Positions 7,939-17,115 of a stretch of 31,299 bases of DNA are shown here, piece by piece (position 1 is the stretch's first letter; the number at the start of each line of letters is the position of its first letter). This stretch comes from Candidatus Heimdallarchaeota archaeon (GTDB taxonomy: Archaea > Asgardarchaeota > Heimdallarchaeia > Hodarchaeales > Hodarchaeaceae): positions 1-31,299 of the forward strand of contig JBHLSH010000047.1 of assembly GCA_048881705.1 (NCBI GenBank). The letters are read 5' to 3'. Position numbers and translations under genes: made by a program. The notes under the pieces were generated by a model that was given only the letters and a program-made list of their open reading frames with translations, did no database searches and was not told where the DNA came from.

Positions 7939-9294
7939 ATGAGTATGTCTTCCCTACCATCTACTGCTCTCGATGAAACAATTGAATTACTCCAAAAATT
8001 AATTCAGAATAAATGTGTTAATCCCCCCGGTGATGAACTTCGGTCTATTAAAACCATTGAATCGTACCTTACCGACCGAAATATTTCGTGTCAAGTGTTT
8101 GAAACCGCTCCCAATCGGGGAAATTTGGTTGCACGGATTAATGGTTCTAGTGATGGATCTAGTTTAATGTTTGGACCAGCTCATGTTGATGTCGTCCCAG
8201 TGGACCGTGATAAATGGTCTGTCGATCCCTTCGAGGGAGTTATCAAAGATGAACATGTGTGGGGACGTGGAACACTAGACATGCTGTTCATTGTGGCAGC
8301 CCAGGTTCAAGCATTTAGTCAACTCCAGCAAGAAGGTTTCAAACCAAAAGGGGATCTAATTCTATGTGTTGTAGCTGATGAAGAGGCGGGCGGTACCTAT
8401 GGTATGGAATGGTTGATAAAAAACCAATTGGAAATAATCCAATCCGATTATGCTCTTGGGGAAGCAGGGGGGTTTCCGTTGGCCGATGGCAAGTTACTCG
8501 TATTTGGAACAGGTGAGAAGGGAGCGGCATGGAAACGATTAACATTTAGAGGGACACCTGCACATGGTTCGAGCCCATATAAAAGTGATAACGCGGTGGT
8601 TAAGGCTGGATTGGCGGCAACCAGATTAGCTCGCTACAAATCTCCCGTAGATACTCAGTACATCAAAGTTATGGCAAAAGGAATTGGAATGAATCCGATC
8701 ATTCGTCTCTTGATGAATAGATGGATGCTAGCTCCTGTTTTGAATTTGATTTACAGAAAAAATCCAACTATAGCTAAATTGCTTTATTCTTTAAGTCGGA
8801 TGACTATTTCACCTAATATTGTACAAGGAGGGACAAAAACAAACATCATAGCTGGACAAGCGCATCTAGGTGTAGACATCCGAGTGTTACCAGACCAGAA
8901 TGACGGTTATGTGACTGACCATGTCAAAAAAGCTATCGGAAAAAAACTAGCTCAAGAGACGACTATTGAGACTCCGTCCGATTTACCTGGCTTCTTCCAA
9001 TCGCAAGGTAGTACCTCAGAGGTTTCCCCTGAAATTAAGGACGCAATCATGAAGTCGGTTTCACCATATTATCCTGATGCTCAATTTGTTCCAATGATGA
9101 GTTCTGGAGCGTCAGATCTCCGATTTCTGAGGCCACATGGGACACGAGCCTACGGGTTTTCGCTGTTCGATCCTTCCGTTAATATTAACGAAATTTCAAA
9201 GTTGGCTCACGGCCCTAATGAACGGATCGGCATAAAAACGATCGATTTAACTCTCCATGCTTATTATAACGTGGCAAAAGAGTTACTAGGATGA
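7939..9294 (+). CDS. M20/M25/M40-family metallo-hydrolase
   Basis: AHVDVV, WGRGTLDM, ADEEAGG, GEAGG and AHGPNERI metal-ligand/catalytic motifs; dimerisation domain GTPAHGS...GGTKTNII. Confidence 0.92.
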   Translation: MSMSSLPSTALDETIELLQKLIQNKCVNPPGDELRSIKTIESYLTDRNISCQVFETAPNRGNLVARINGSSDGSSLMFGPAHVDVVPVDRDKWSVDPFEGVIKDEHVWGRGTLDMLFIVAAQVQAFSQLQQEGFKPKGDLILCVVADEEAGGTYGMEWLIKNQLEIIQSDYALGEAGGFPLADGKLLVFGTGEKGAAWKRLTFRGTPAHGSSPYKSDNAVVKAGLAATRLARYKSPVDTQYIKVMAKGIGMNPIIRLLMNRWMLAPVLNLIYRKNPTIAKLLYSLSRMTISPNIVQGGTKTNIIAGQAHLGVDIRVLPDQNDGYVTDHVKKAIGKKLAQETTIETPSDLPGFFQSQGSTSEVSPEIKDAIMKSVSPYYPDAQFVPMMSSGASDLRFLRPHGTRAYGFSLFDPSVNINEISKLAHGPNERIGIKTIDLTLHAYYNVAKELLG

Positions 9295-9534
9295 ATCCTC
9301 CGATTTCAGCAGCAAAATTTGCTTTGATTCGAGAAAACTAAGTTTCTTGACCTGGGTAATAAAACAGAGATTTAGCTGATCATTTTCACCTGATTTGATC
9401 GAATATCAAGACATTAAAGCAGAATTGGACAAAATCTGAAATTGTTACCAAGGCAAAAAACTTTCGAGTTCTAATCAAGGATCGAAATGGGAGAAAAACT
9501 CTCTCATGATTATGTGGTTGATCCATTCTATCTA

Positions 9535-10812
9535 TTATTCTACCCGAGGCCGAATGACTACCCTGTGATTTCCCTGGGGGATCTGTTCCAAGAGGTTGGC
9601 ATCTAGGTCTGATACAGTAGAATCTTTACAACGGACTTCCAAGTCAGGATTGCACTGTTCGGGGAGTTTGGTCGGGAAAATGAGCTTTTTCACCAGTGGT
9701 ACGACTGGCCAGCCGTCTGCTTTCCACTTATCTCCCAGTGGATGTTCAAGTACCCACGCTGTAGGTGCAAAATCTATACGAATCACTTTTAACTTCGGAC
9801 ACTCGAATAATGGTGAGATATCAAGCCTTTCCACCTCATTGTAACTTATATTGATCCTCTTTATTGTTGGATGACGTTTGAACGGTTCTAGGTCTAATGT
9901 TGCAACCAACGTGCCTATTAAATTAAATTCTTGGAGGTTTGGCCAGTGATAAATTACAGAAGTATCGAACTTACTGATCATGGACGCCCCAATTTCAAAA
10001 TTTTCCAGATTTATACAGTTGCGAAGATGTTTACTCTCAAATTTAGCAAGCCGCGTGTAAAACAAGTTAAAGTCTCGTAGGTTACGACACTTCAACAATG
10101 CTTCTGTGTGCTGAAGCCTCATCACTTCAGTCCAATATAAATCGAGTCCCCGTAATTCTTCTGCCATAATTGGATCTGCTAAGCCCTCCAGGCTGATCTC
10201 TCGAAAGTATTCATCTTCCTCGGACACATCCAAAAAGAGCGTTCCATTTTTGAGCGGGATTTCCGTTATATCAAACGGCTCTTCCCTCCACCAGTTTTCC
10301 AGGTAAATCAGGTGACTGAACGCATCCCAACTGACCTCAAATTTTCGATAATGCTTCCATTCAATATCCTCATGATTGAATCGCATTAAATTCCACAAAT
10401 ATCTGATTTCATCTGGAATAACTCGTAACGGATTCTCTTCTATGAAGAAAATTTCTAATTCTTTCATTTTCGCAATTGTGGATGGAATCTCTGCAATGGA
10501 GTTGTGCGAAAGAAAGAGACGGCGCAAATTCCTCAATTCACAAACTATTTCTGGAAATCTCGTGATACGATTATGACCTAAATTCAATTCCTCAAGGTTC
10601 TGAAGGAATTTAAAGGATCCAGGGAGGTTCTGTATTTCATTGCCGTAGGCACTTAATTCCCGTAACTCGGTCAAGTCCCCTATTCCCTCTGGAAACTCTT
10701 GTAACCCGATTTCATCCAGCTTCAGGACAGTAATCCGGTCTCCCTCATATTCAATGTCATCGGGATGGATGTGGCCCTTGTATCTTGTCTCAATCTCTCG
10801 AAGGCACGCCAC
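9535..10812 (-). CDS. Leucine-rich repeat protein with two LRR blocks; possibly the C-terminal part of a longer ORF
   Basis: LxxLxxLxLxxNxI repeats at aa ~30-145 and a second LRR block at aa ~220-345 (DLEPFKRHPTIKRINISYNEVERLDISPLFECPKL). In frame with the upstream ORF across one TAG. Confidence 0.85.
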   Translation of the reverse strand: MACLREIETRYKGHIHPDDIEYEGDRITVLKLDEIGLQEFPEGIGDLTELRELSAYGNEIQNLPGSFKFLQNLEELNLGHNRITRFPEIVCELRNLRRLFLSHNSIAEIPSTIAKMKELEIFFIEENPLRVIPDEIRYLWNLMRFNHEDIEWKHYRKFEVSWDAFSHLIYLENWWREEPFDITEIPLKNGTLFLDVSEEDEYFREISLEGLADPIMAEELRGLDLYWTEVMRLQHTEALLKCRNLRDFNLFYTRLAKFESKHLRNCINLENFEIGASMISKFDTSVIYHWPNLQEFNLIGTLVATLDLEPFKRHPTIKRINISYNEVERLDISPLFECPKLKVIRIDFAPTAWVLEHPLGDKWKADGWPVVPLVKKLIFPTKLPEQCNPDLEVRCKDSTVSDLDANLLEQIPQGNHRVVIRPRVE

Positions 10813-10815
10813 TTC

Positions 10816-11142
10816 CTACGGATTCAGCTGCCGCTTAATCCATTTACTAACCGTACTGAAATAGATATGATTGAAGGCCTCCAGCTCCTTTGGCAGCTTT
10901 TCCTTCACGGAGACCTCCTGAGAAGCTTCCATCAAATCCAAAATTTCTTCTGCCACCTCCTCCCGTGTCTTCCCCTCCCAATCCTCTGCTTCTAGGTACT
11001 TCTGACCCGCCTGCCACGCCAAAATGGGATCGGGGTGCACGTTAAAGTACGCCCACATCCATTGCTGAAATTCGTCGGCTGTCGGCCACCATTCGTCGAA
11101 TTTCCGCTTGATCTCGGCCCACTTCTGCTTGTCCTTGGTCAT
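10816..11142 (-). CDS. Trp-rich helical hypothetical protein, or the N-terminal domain of the LRR protein
   Basis: ATG 11142 follows an AAGGAG RBS; reads MTKDKQKWAEIKRKFDEWW...KRQLNP-TAG, in the same frame as the LRR ORF. Confidence 0.6.
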   Translation of the reverse strand: MTKDKQKWAEIKRKFDEWWPTADEFQQWMWAYFNVHPDPILAWQAGQKYLEAEDWEGKTREEVAEEILDLMEASQEVSVKEKLPKELEAFNHIYFSTVSKWIKRQLNP

Positions 11143-11274
11143 CACGTTCTCCTTTCCCCCCATCCTATTTAAAGGTTTCATCCCCCTCAATCTAAACTAA
11201 CCTCTGCTTAGATTCGTTCTCCACTTCAGAGACGGCGTCTCCTCCTTTGTCGGAAAAATTGAGGGGGGAGGGAG

Positions 11275-11349
11275 GGTGTCGGAGTCGCAAAGATGACCGC
11301 GAACGGTTATCTATGCTTGAGAGAAGACCAAGAAAAGAACTCCGACACC
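11275..11349 (+). other. Candidate structured element (ncRNA or non-autonomous inverted-repeat element)
   Basis: An 11-bp perfect IR (GGTGTCGGAGT / ACTCCGACACC) encloses a 12-bp hairpin at 11287-11316 with a CGAA loop and a G-T pair that can pair only on the + strand. Confidence 0.35.
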
Positions 11350-11419
11350 GTGGAAGGGGATGGGGGATAAGAAAATAAAGGTTTCGTTATCTAAACGGAA
11401 GATGGAAGTGGTATGGAGG

Positions 11420-11441
11420 AGGAGGAATGACTCCTTTTTTT
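11420..11441 (+). terminator. Hairpin plus T7, terminator-like
   Basis: aggag-gaatga-ctcct followed by a T run to 11441; no + strand CDS lies directly upstream. Confidence 0.3.
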
Positions 11442-11903
11442 AGAGGGAGGAATCTTTTGAAAATGGCTATGATCGTGAAAAAGTAGAGTGAGGGGGCGGT
11501 TAAATCCTTCTCTTAAGTTTTTCACTTATTAAATCAAATGTTCTCAAGTCAGAGGTTCTGTGAAGCTTCCTATTATTGAAAATTCAGGAATAAATCTTTA
11601 ATAGATGAAAAGTGCTGAGATTAGGCATATATAGTTGAATTATGCTCATTCTTGGCACTTTTGTTTGTTCACACTTGTTCTGAAGAAGCCAAAAGGGGTG
11701 ATAAGATTGAGTGAAAGGCTAATGTCAGTGGTGATAATATGAGCAAAAACTCGCTAGGATTTCATTTTCTCTTTTGAAGACCTTCGACTATCAATACTTT
11801 AATAAGGACGACGGAACTTAGAAGGGCTGATCCAGTTCTCCCTCTTGAAGTAATTCACCAAAGCAGGTATGTCTGATCTAGGTTTGCCTAGAGTGAGTAA
11901 GAA

Positions 11904-13433
11904 ATGAGGAATCGGCGCAGGGTGAGTGTATTTGGGTTTTTTGTCATTCTCCTAGCCGTTTTAGGTTTGGTGTTCCCAACGGTAATCGGTGTTACCGATT
12001 CAACGCAGATTTTCGCGGTTGCGTATGTTGAAAGCGATCAAACCACCCATCTCCTTCTTCGCTATCGATTAACAACCGTGTCAGATTCAAGTTTGGGCAT
12101 CTATCACGCGTATAAATCAAGCGGAGGGATTTGGTCACAACCACAAGAGATGGATTTGAACGGAAGATGGTTCCTATCTCTCGTATCCAATAATGATAGC
12201 TTACGGCTTTATACTACGGAGGAAATTTTCTATCGATTTCCTGCTAAGGCACCTTCAATGATGGGGGATTATAGATATGGCGAGATCCTGTACGAACACA
12301 TCTATGATCCTTTAACGGCAGAATGGATGGTAGAGAGTATCTTTGAAACTGATCAAATCATGGGGGAATTAGAAAATGAGAGTTCCAGTTCATCATTTAG
12401 CGGTGTTGATCTATTTGACAATGATGTTTTATTTGTGCGCTGGGAAGAGCGTTTTACTGGAACCGCTTATATAACCAAACTAGATGGAAGTTCCAATTCA
12501 TCTCGAACTTACATATTGCAGAATAATAGCGTAAAAGCAATTATCCCCCAAAAGAATCGTTTGGACCAATATTTCATCTATACGAGAGATTATAGTGTCA
12601 CAGATAATTATACACGGTATATCCTCTTCTCTAACGATACAATGACGGGGCCCGAGGAGGTTCCTATCAATTCCCAAGATTTCTTATTCTATTCCATCGT
12701 GAACAATTTCTTCTTTGGAATGGAATATATCGATTCCCCAACTTCTTGGAAAACTTACGATCTATCGATGAATAACATCTCAATGTCTGTTTATCCATAT
12801 GACCATGAAAGTTATACTTTTGGGACATATAGAATCTCCCCCTTCGATTTGACGGGTTGGGATGATGAATCCCTATTATTTGCAACAATACAAGTCCCTC
12901 GAATCGAATTTTGGTTATTCGGTACTAATGACGCTGAGATGATCTTACTTGGGAATGCTACAATGGATATCCCTGGTGCTGAACAGATGAACCTAGCATC
13001 AATCAATGTAATTAATGATGCTGGGATCTTAACGTTCTATTGGACATTCGAATCTATACCTGGATTTTCAGACAGCTATGACGTTGAATACAACAGTTAT
13101 AACGTTGAATACAACAGTCACAATTCTACTGCGAGTGAAATCAGGGCAATGCGAAATTATCTAGATTTTTCTCTCCAAAGAAATCAATTATTCGTAAGAA
13201 CATGGGTGAATCAATTCATTCTACTTGCTGGGCTTGCCTGTACCGGATGGCTTCTAGTATGGTCGGTATCGGGAAAGAGGACTGATATCGAAGTCCGCGA
13301 AGATCGGAAAAATGATGGAAAAAAATCCTTAACATATTTTGGAATGCCATTTTTCTTGCTTTATAGTTATTTTCGTCCCCGTAAGAACCGTAGAGTAGAG
13401 GAGCCGGTGAACAAAAACAATATTGATATATAA
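11904..13433 (+). CDS. Membrane-anchored extracellular protein of unknown function
   Basis: Basic N-terminus plus hydrophobic signal (MRNRRRVSVFGFFVILLAVLGLVFP), a S/T/N/Y/D-rich beta-type body, a TM helix near aa 435-458 and a basic tail. Confidence 0.8.
   Translation: MRNRRRVSVFGFFVILLAVLGLVFPTVIGVTDSTQIFAVAYVESDQTTHLLLRYRLTTVSDSSLGIYHAYKSSGGIWSQPQEMDLNGRWFLSLVSNNDSLRLYTTEEIFYRFPAKAPSMMGDYRYGEILYEHIYDPLTAEWMVESIFETDQIMGELENESSSSSFSGVDLFDNDVLFVRWEERFTGTAYITKLDGSSNSSRTYILQNNSVKAIIPQKNRLDQYFIYTRDYSVTDNYTRYILFSNDTMTGPEEVPINSQDFLFYSIVNNFFFGMEYIDSPTSWKTYDLSMNNISMSVYPYDHESYTFGTYRISPFDLTGWDDESLLFATIQVPRIEFWLFGTNDAEMILLGNATMDIPGAEQMNLASINVINDAGILTFYWTFESIPGFSDSYDVEYNSYNVEYNSHNSTASEIRAMRNYLDFSLQRNQLFVRTWVNQFILLAGLACTGWLLVWSVSGKRTDIEVREDRKNDGKKSLTYFGMPFFLLYSYFRPRKNRRVEEPVNKNNIDI
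13074..13118 (+). repeat. 21-bp in-frame tandem duplication (SYDVEYN-SYNVEYN-S)
   Basis: agctatgacgttgaatacaac / agttataacgttgaatacaac / agt; 19 of 21 bases identical. Confidence 0.9.
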
Positions 13434-13802
13434 ATACCTTGATTGAGAGAAAAGGTTCTTGAACAAAGTATGTCGTACGATATGATCTAGTAGGAAGCGA
13501 GGATTTAAACGAAATACGATTGTTTTGGGTTGAGGCCTCTGGTTCTGTTCCCGAACTTCCAATGGGTAGCCAACTGATAATGCACACCTTTAACGGGAGT
13601 CCCTGCCAGGAAGCTCCCTTTTATTCCAGTTGGTTCTGATTCACGATTAATGTGGAGGGGCGTAACGGAACGAGTGCTATGAGTCTAGAACTCAATTCTT
13701 CGGGGAGATCTCCCATCTCCGCGATTCTTCCATCTCTTGCCATCACAATTTGGCTAGGAAGGTATTGCTTGCTGATTATCGAGAGCTGATAACAAAATGT
13801 TA

Positions 13803-14414
13803 TTACCACAGTTCAGCTAGCTGTTTCCGAATTACAGAGGGTTTGGATTTCCGCCTAAGATTTTCCCGTTTCACGGCAAAATCCATTATGTTTTCCCCGA
13901 GAAGTGAATAGGCGTCATGAACCTTAGTCCCTGTTTTTGCGGATGTTTCGACGTAGTGGCAAGCGAATCCCAGAGATGAAGTTAGTTTAGAGAGTTTCTT
14001 ACTGATCAACCTGCCTTGTTCGGAGGTTATGGGCTCATCACATGACTGACGTAAATCTATCTTGTTTGCCACTACAACAACCGGCACCTTCCCTCTGCCA
14101 TTATTCGCCCAAAGCTCTTTAATCCATTTTACGCAGTTGTAATACGATTCGGGCCTAGAGACATCATATACCAACAAGGCACCCATGGCTCCCTTGTAAT
14201 AGACGTCTCTTACGCCGTCAAAACGTTCTTGGCCCGCTAAATCCCATATCTGATATCTTATTGGGTTACCATGGATAACCTCATCTTTCATGGAAAAATC
14301 TGCACCGATTGTCATTACGTATTGAGTTTCAAAACCACGGCCAAGGTATCGTTCACGAATTGCGGTCTTACCCACACCACCATCACCGATTAATACAATT
14401 TTAAAAACGATCAT
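13803..14414 (-). CDS. Rab-like small GTPase (Ras superfamily)
   Basis: FKIVLIGDGGVGKT (G1), YVMTIGADF (G2), IWDLAGQERF (G3), YYKGAMGALLVYDV, NKID (G4), ETSAK (G5); basic C-terminal tail with no terminal Cys. Confidence 0.95.
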   Translation of the reverse strand: MIVFKIVLIGDGGVGKTAIRERYLGRGFETQYVMTIGADFSMKDEVIHGNPIRYQIWDLAGQERFDGVRDVYYKGAMGALLVYDVSRPESYYNCVKWIKELWANNGRGKVPVVVVANKIDLRQSCDEPITSEQGRLISKKLSKLTSSLGFACHYVETSAKTGTKVHDAYSLLGENIMDFAVKRENLRRKSKPSVIRKQLAELW

Positions 14415-14769
14415 GCCTGGGTGCTCTGAATTTTTTTCCTAGTGGTTTTCACGACTCACAGACCGGATCGATAAATAATAACATTTTCTGAATAATCTAT
14501 TCGGATGATTGAGTATCCCCCTAGGAGGGGCATCATTGTCCAGGAGACCCATATCCTACTCACGAAGATCAATGCTTGAGATAAGAGCTGCGAGGCAATT
14601 CCTCTTTTCTTTTTCGAACGAATTTAATCTAGTGCTCTCCTGTGAATACTCGTTAAGTTTCCCATGCTTCAAACGTTTATTAGTGCATCTTTTACAAGTG
14701 TAAAGCGAAAAAATTAGTCTTATATAGCTAGACTATGCTCTAATCCTTTAATTTCAATTCCTCAGCTTT

Positions 14770-16104
14770 ATGATGGACAAGGGAAAAGAGGTAGCAAATT
14801 TGGGTAAAAAGTTGCTCGTGCCAATAATTATGATGTTTATGTTCACTCCGATCAGTTTTTTATCTGCAGATCCGACTTATGTGGAAACAGCGAGTGAAAT
14901 TCCATCTATAAAAATCGATTGGAATCGTACATATGGAGGAGCAGGGGACCAATCTGGATATGCGATGATTCAAACGGTAGATGGCGGATTTGCCATTGCA
15001 GGGCAATCTTTATCCTCTGGAATGAATGGTTCGCAGGTAATGGTGGTAAAAACGAATGCCAGTGGACATGAACAGTGGAATTACCGTTTTGGGGGAAATC
15101 AAGTTATAGGAGAGAGTGCAAATGGATTGACTCAAACGTCAGATGGTGGATTTGTCCTTACTGGATGGACGGTATCCTTGGCTGTTCAGAACGAGACTAC
15201 CGATTCGTATACTGGCGATGTCTTGTTAGTGAAAATTGATGGCAGCGGTAAGGAGGTATGGAAACGTACATTCGGGGGAACTGACTGGGATTGGGCCAAT
15301 GAAATAATCGAAACAGTCGACGGAGGATTTCTCTTAGGTGGTTGTACAAATTCGTATGGTGCTGGAGAAGCCGATTTCTGGATAATAAAGACCGATAGCA
15401 ACGGACTAGAGGAATGGAACTACACATTAGGGGGACCTACAAGAGATTTTTGTGATTCACTAATCGAGACAAGAGATAGGGGTTTTGCCCTCTCTGGAAG
15501 CAGCGGTGACGACTTATGGTTGGTGAAAGTCGATGCGAGTGTTAACCAACAATGGGATCAGCGATTGGGGGGAGGAAACCGGGATATTGGAACTTCCGTA
15601 ATCCAGACAGAAGAGGGAGGATTTGTGGTTGCTGGGGTGATTTCAGGTAATTTCGATTATCGCGATGCCTGGTTGGTAAAAATTGACTCTTCCGGGAACG
15701 TGGAATGGTCACAGACGTACGGGGATTCACCAGTAGCGGAAGCCCATTCGGTAATCCAAACAGCAGATGGCGGATTCGCTTTTGCGGGATACAGCCAAGA
15801 AGACGTAGATGTTTATGCTGACACGGATCTATATGTTGTGAAAACTGATGCCAGCGGAAGTGAGGAATGGAATTATACTGTTGGAGGAACAGGCGAAGCT
15901 TTTGGACGATCGATTGTCCAGACGGCAAATGGAACATTTGTCATAGGAGGAAGTAGGAGTTCTAACAGTAATACTGATACAGATATGTGGCTCATAAAGG
16001 TCACACTAATTCCGCGCAGTTCTGTCTCCACCAACCTTCCAGGCCACTTCTTTATCCTCAGCGCGGGAATTCTGGCCTTAGTTAGGAGAAAGAGATTAAA
16101 ATAG
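14770..16104 (+). CDS. Surface protein with 7 repeats (probable 7-bladed beta-propeller) and a C-terminal sorting-like signal
   Basis: Signal-like N-terminus; seven W-x-x-[TR]-[YFLV]-G-[GD]...[QE]T-x-[DEN]-x-G/T-F-x-x-x-G units; ends LPGHFFILSAGILALVRRKRLK. Confidence 0.85.
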   Translation: MMDKGKEVANLGKKLLVPIIMMFMFTPISFLSADPTYVETASEIPSIKIDWNRTYGGAGDQSGYAMIQTVDGGFAIAGQSLSSGMNGSQVMVVKTNASGHEQWNYRFGGNQVIGESANGLTQTSDGGFVLTGWTVSLAVQNETTDSYTGDVLLVKIDGSGKEVWKRTFGGTDWDWANEIIETVDGGFLLGGCTNSYGAGEADFWIIKTDSNGLEEWNYTLGGPTRDFCDSLIETRDRGFALSGSSGDDLWLVKVDASVNQQWDQRLGGGNRDIGTSVIQTEEGGFVVAGVISGNFDYRDAWLVKIDSSGNVEWSQTYGDSPVAEAHSVIQTADGGFAFAGYSQEDVDVYADTDLYVVKTDASGSEEWNYTVGGTGEAFGRSIVQTANGTFVIGGSRSSNSNTDTDMWLIKVTLIPRSSVSTNLPGHFFILSAGILALVRRKRLK

Positions 16105-16118
16105 CTAATCTATTTCTC

Positions 16119-16128
16119 TTTTTTTTTT
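16119..16128 (+). terminator. T10 tract, archaeal-type terminator
   Basis: Begins 15 nt after the stop at 16104. Confidence 0.45.
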
Positions 16129-16272
16129 GTGACACACGATGATTTTTCTAGGGAATTAAATGGCACAGAATTTTCTTTCGCGGGATCCTCGCCTATCTAC
16201 CCTCATCTACTAGTGCCAAGTAGATCAGATATTTATGCCACATTTTCCATTTTCTCACAATCAACCGTTAAA

Positions 16273-16287
16273 CTAAATTAAATTTAG
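16273..16287. promoter_or_regulatory. Palindrome CTAAAT-N3-ATTTAG upstream of the flavin reductase gene
   Basis: Perfect 6-bp arms ~27 nt before the start. AT-rich, so it may be chance. Confidence 0.2.
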
Positions 16288-16313
16288 CTTATTCTGTTGG
16301 AGTGTAATTAGAT

Positions 16314-16889
16314 TTGAATATTGCTTCCCAAAAGGTTAATGAGTCCAATCCCGGAAAAACTACGGTTAAAGGGAACCTATTGAGTCCGTTACCGATCGTT
16401 TTGGTAGGAGCAAATGTTAAACAACGTCCTAACTATCTTGTAATAGGGTATATGTCACCTTTTGACTTTGGTAGATACATTTTCTTCAGTATTTACAAAA
16501 AACGCTTTACTAGAATTGGAATTCATGAAAACCGAACGTTCAGTGTGAACATCCCTTCAGAGGATCTTCTAAGAAAAACAAATCTTTGTGGAAGTAAATC
16601 TGGTCGGAATTACGATAAGAGTACTATCTTTGAGAGCTTTTATGGAGATTTACAAACCGCTCCCATGATTCGGGAATGTCCCATAAACATAGAATGCGAA
16701 GTAGCCGAAATCCTTGACTATCCTGAAAATGATGGAGTTATAGGTCGTGTAGTGAAATCATATGCCAATCCCCAGATATTAACCGACGGGAAACTCGATA
16801 TGAGGAAAGTTCACCCAATTCTGTGGGCCATAGGTGGGGATTTCAACTACTATCGACTTGGAGACAGATTGACCGTAGAAAAGCCTTGA
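16314..16889 (+). CDS. Flavin reductase-like (flavoredoxin-type) FMN-binding protein
   Basis: PLPIVLVGA..RPN, IHENRTFSVNIPS, CGSKSGR..DK, TAPMIRECPINIEC motifs. Confidence 0.88.
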   Translation: MNIASQKVNESNPGKTTVKGNLLSPLPIVLVGANVKQRPNYLVIGYMSPFDFGRYIFFSIYKKRFTRIGIHENRTFSVNIPSEDLLRKTNLCGSKSGRNYDKSTIFESFYGDLQTAPMIRECPINIECEVAEILDYPENDGVIGRVVKSYANPQILTDGKLDMRKVHPILWAIGGDFNYYRLGDRLTVEKP

Positions 16890-17115
16890 CCAGATGTCAA
16901 ACTAATGTTCGATATTGATAAAATCGAAGAATCGAAGTTCTTCAACATTAGGGTTATGGAACTTGCAATAAGGCTTCAATTTCGATTTTTCCAGATCATG
17001 ATCAATTCTGAATGCCCCTGATAGGTAATGATCATAGAAATCCCCTCAATCGATTCGGCTTTGTTGAAGGGAAGAAATCTCTTCCTCATTTTGGATCATT
17101 GAACTGTTTTTATCC

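Noticed and set aside
11293-11338. Eukaryote-like SECIS (ATGA...AA...GA)
   Set aside because: The spacing does not fit, and no in-frame TGA candidate selenoprotein was found nearby.
11262-11376. G-quadruplex potential in G tracts
   Set aside because: Only three closely spaced G3+ runs; the next lies ~80 nt away.
11401-11441. Fluoride riboswitch-like words GATGGAAGT and AATGACTCCT
   Set aside because: The GGAGU pseudoknot partner and the GUUCGCC stem are missing; a simple terminator hairpin explains the sequence.
13621-13809. Minus-strand ORF containing IVMARDGRIAEMGDLPEEL, similar to an ABC ATPase C-terminus
   Set aside because: Short match with no Walker B/H-loop traceable upstream; may be chance. 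A blastx would settle it.
14509-14703. 64-aa + ORF between the divergent Rab and propeller genes
   Set aside because: No RBS or motif, and it occupies the expected divergent promoter space; the antisense frames are also broken.
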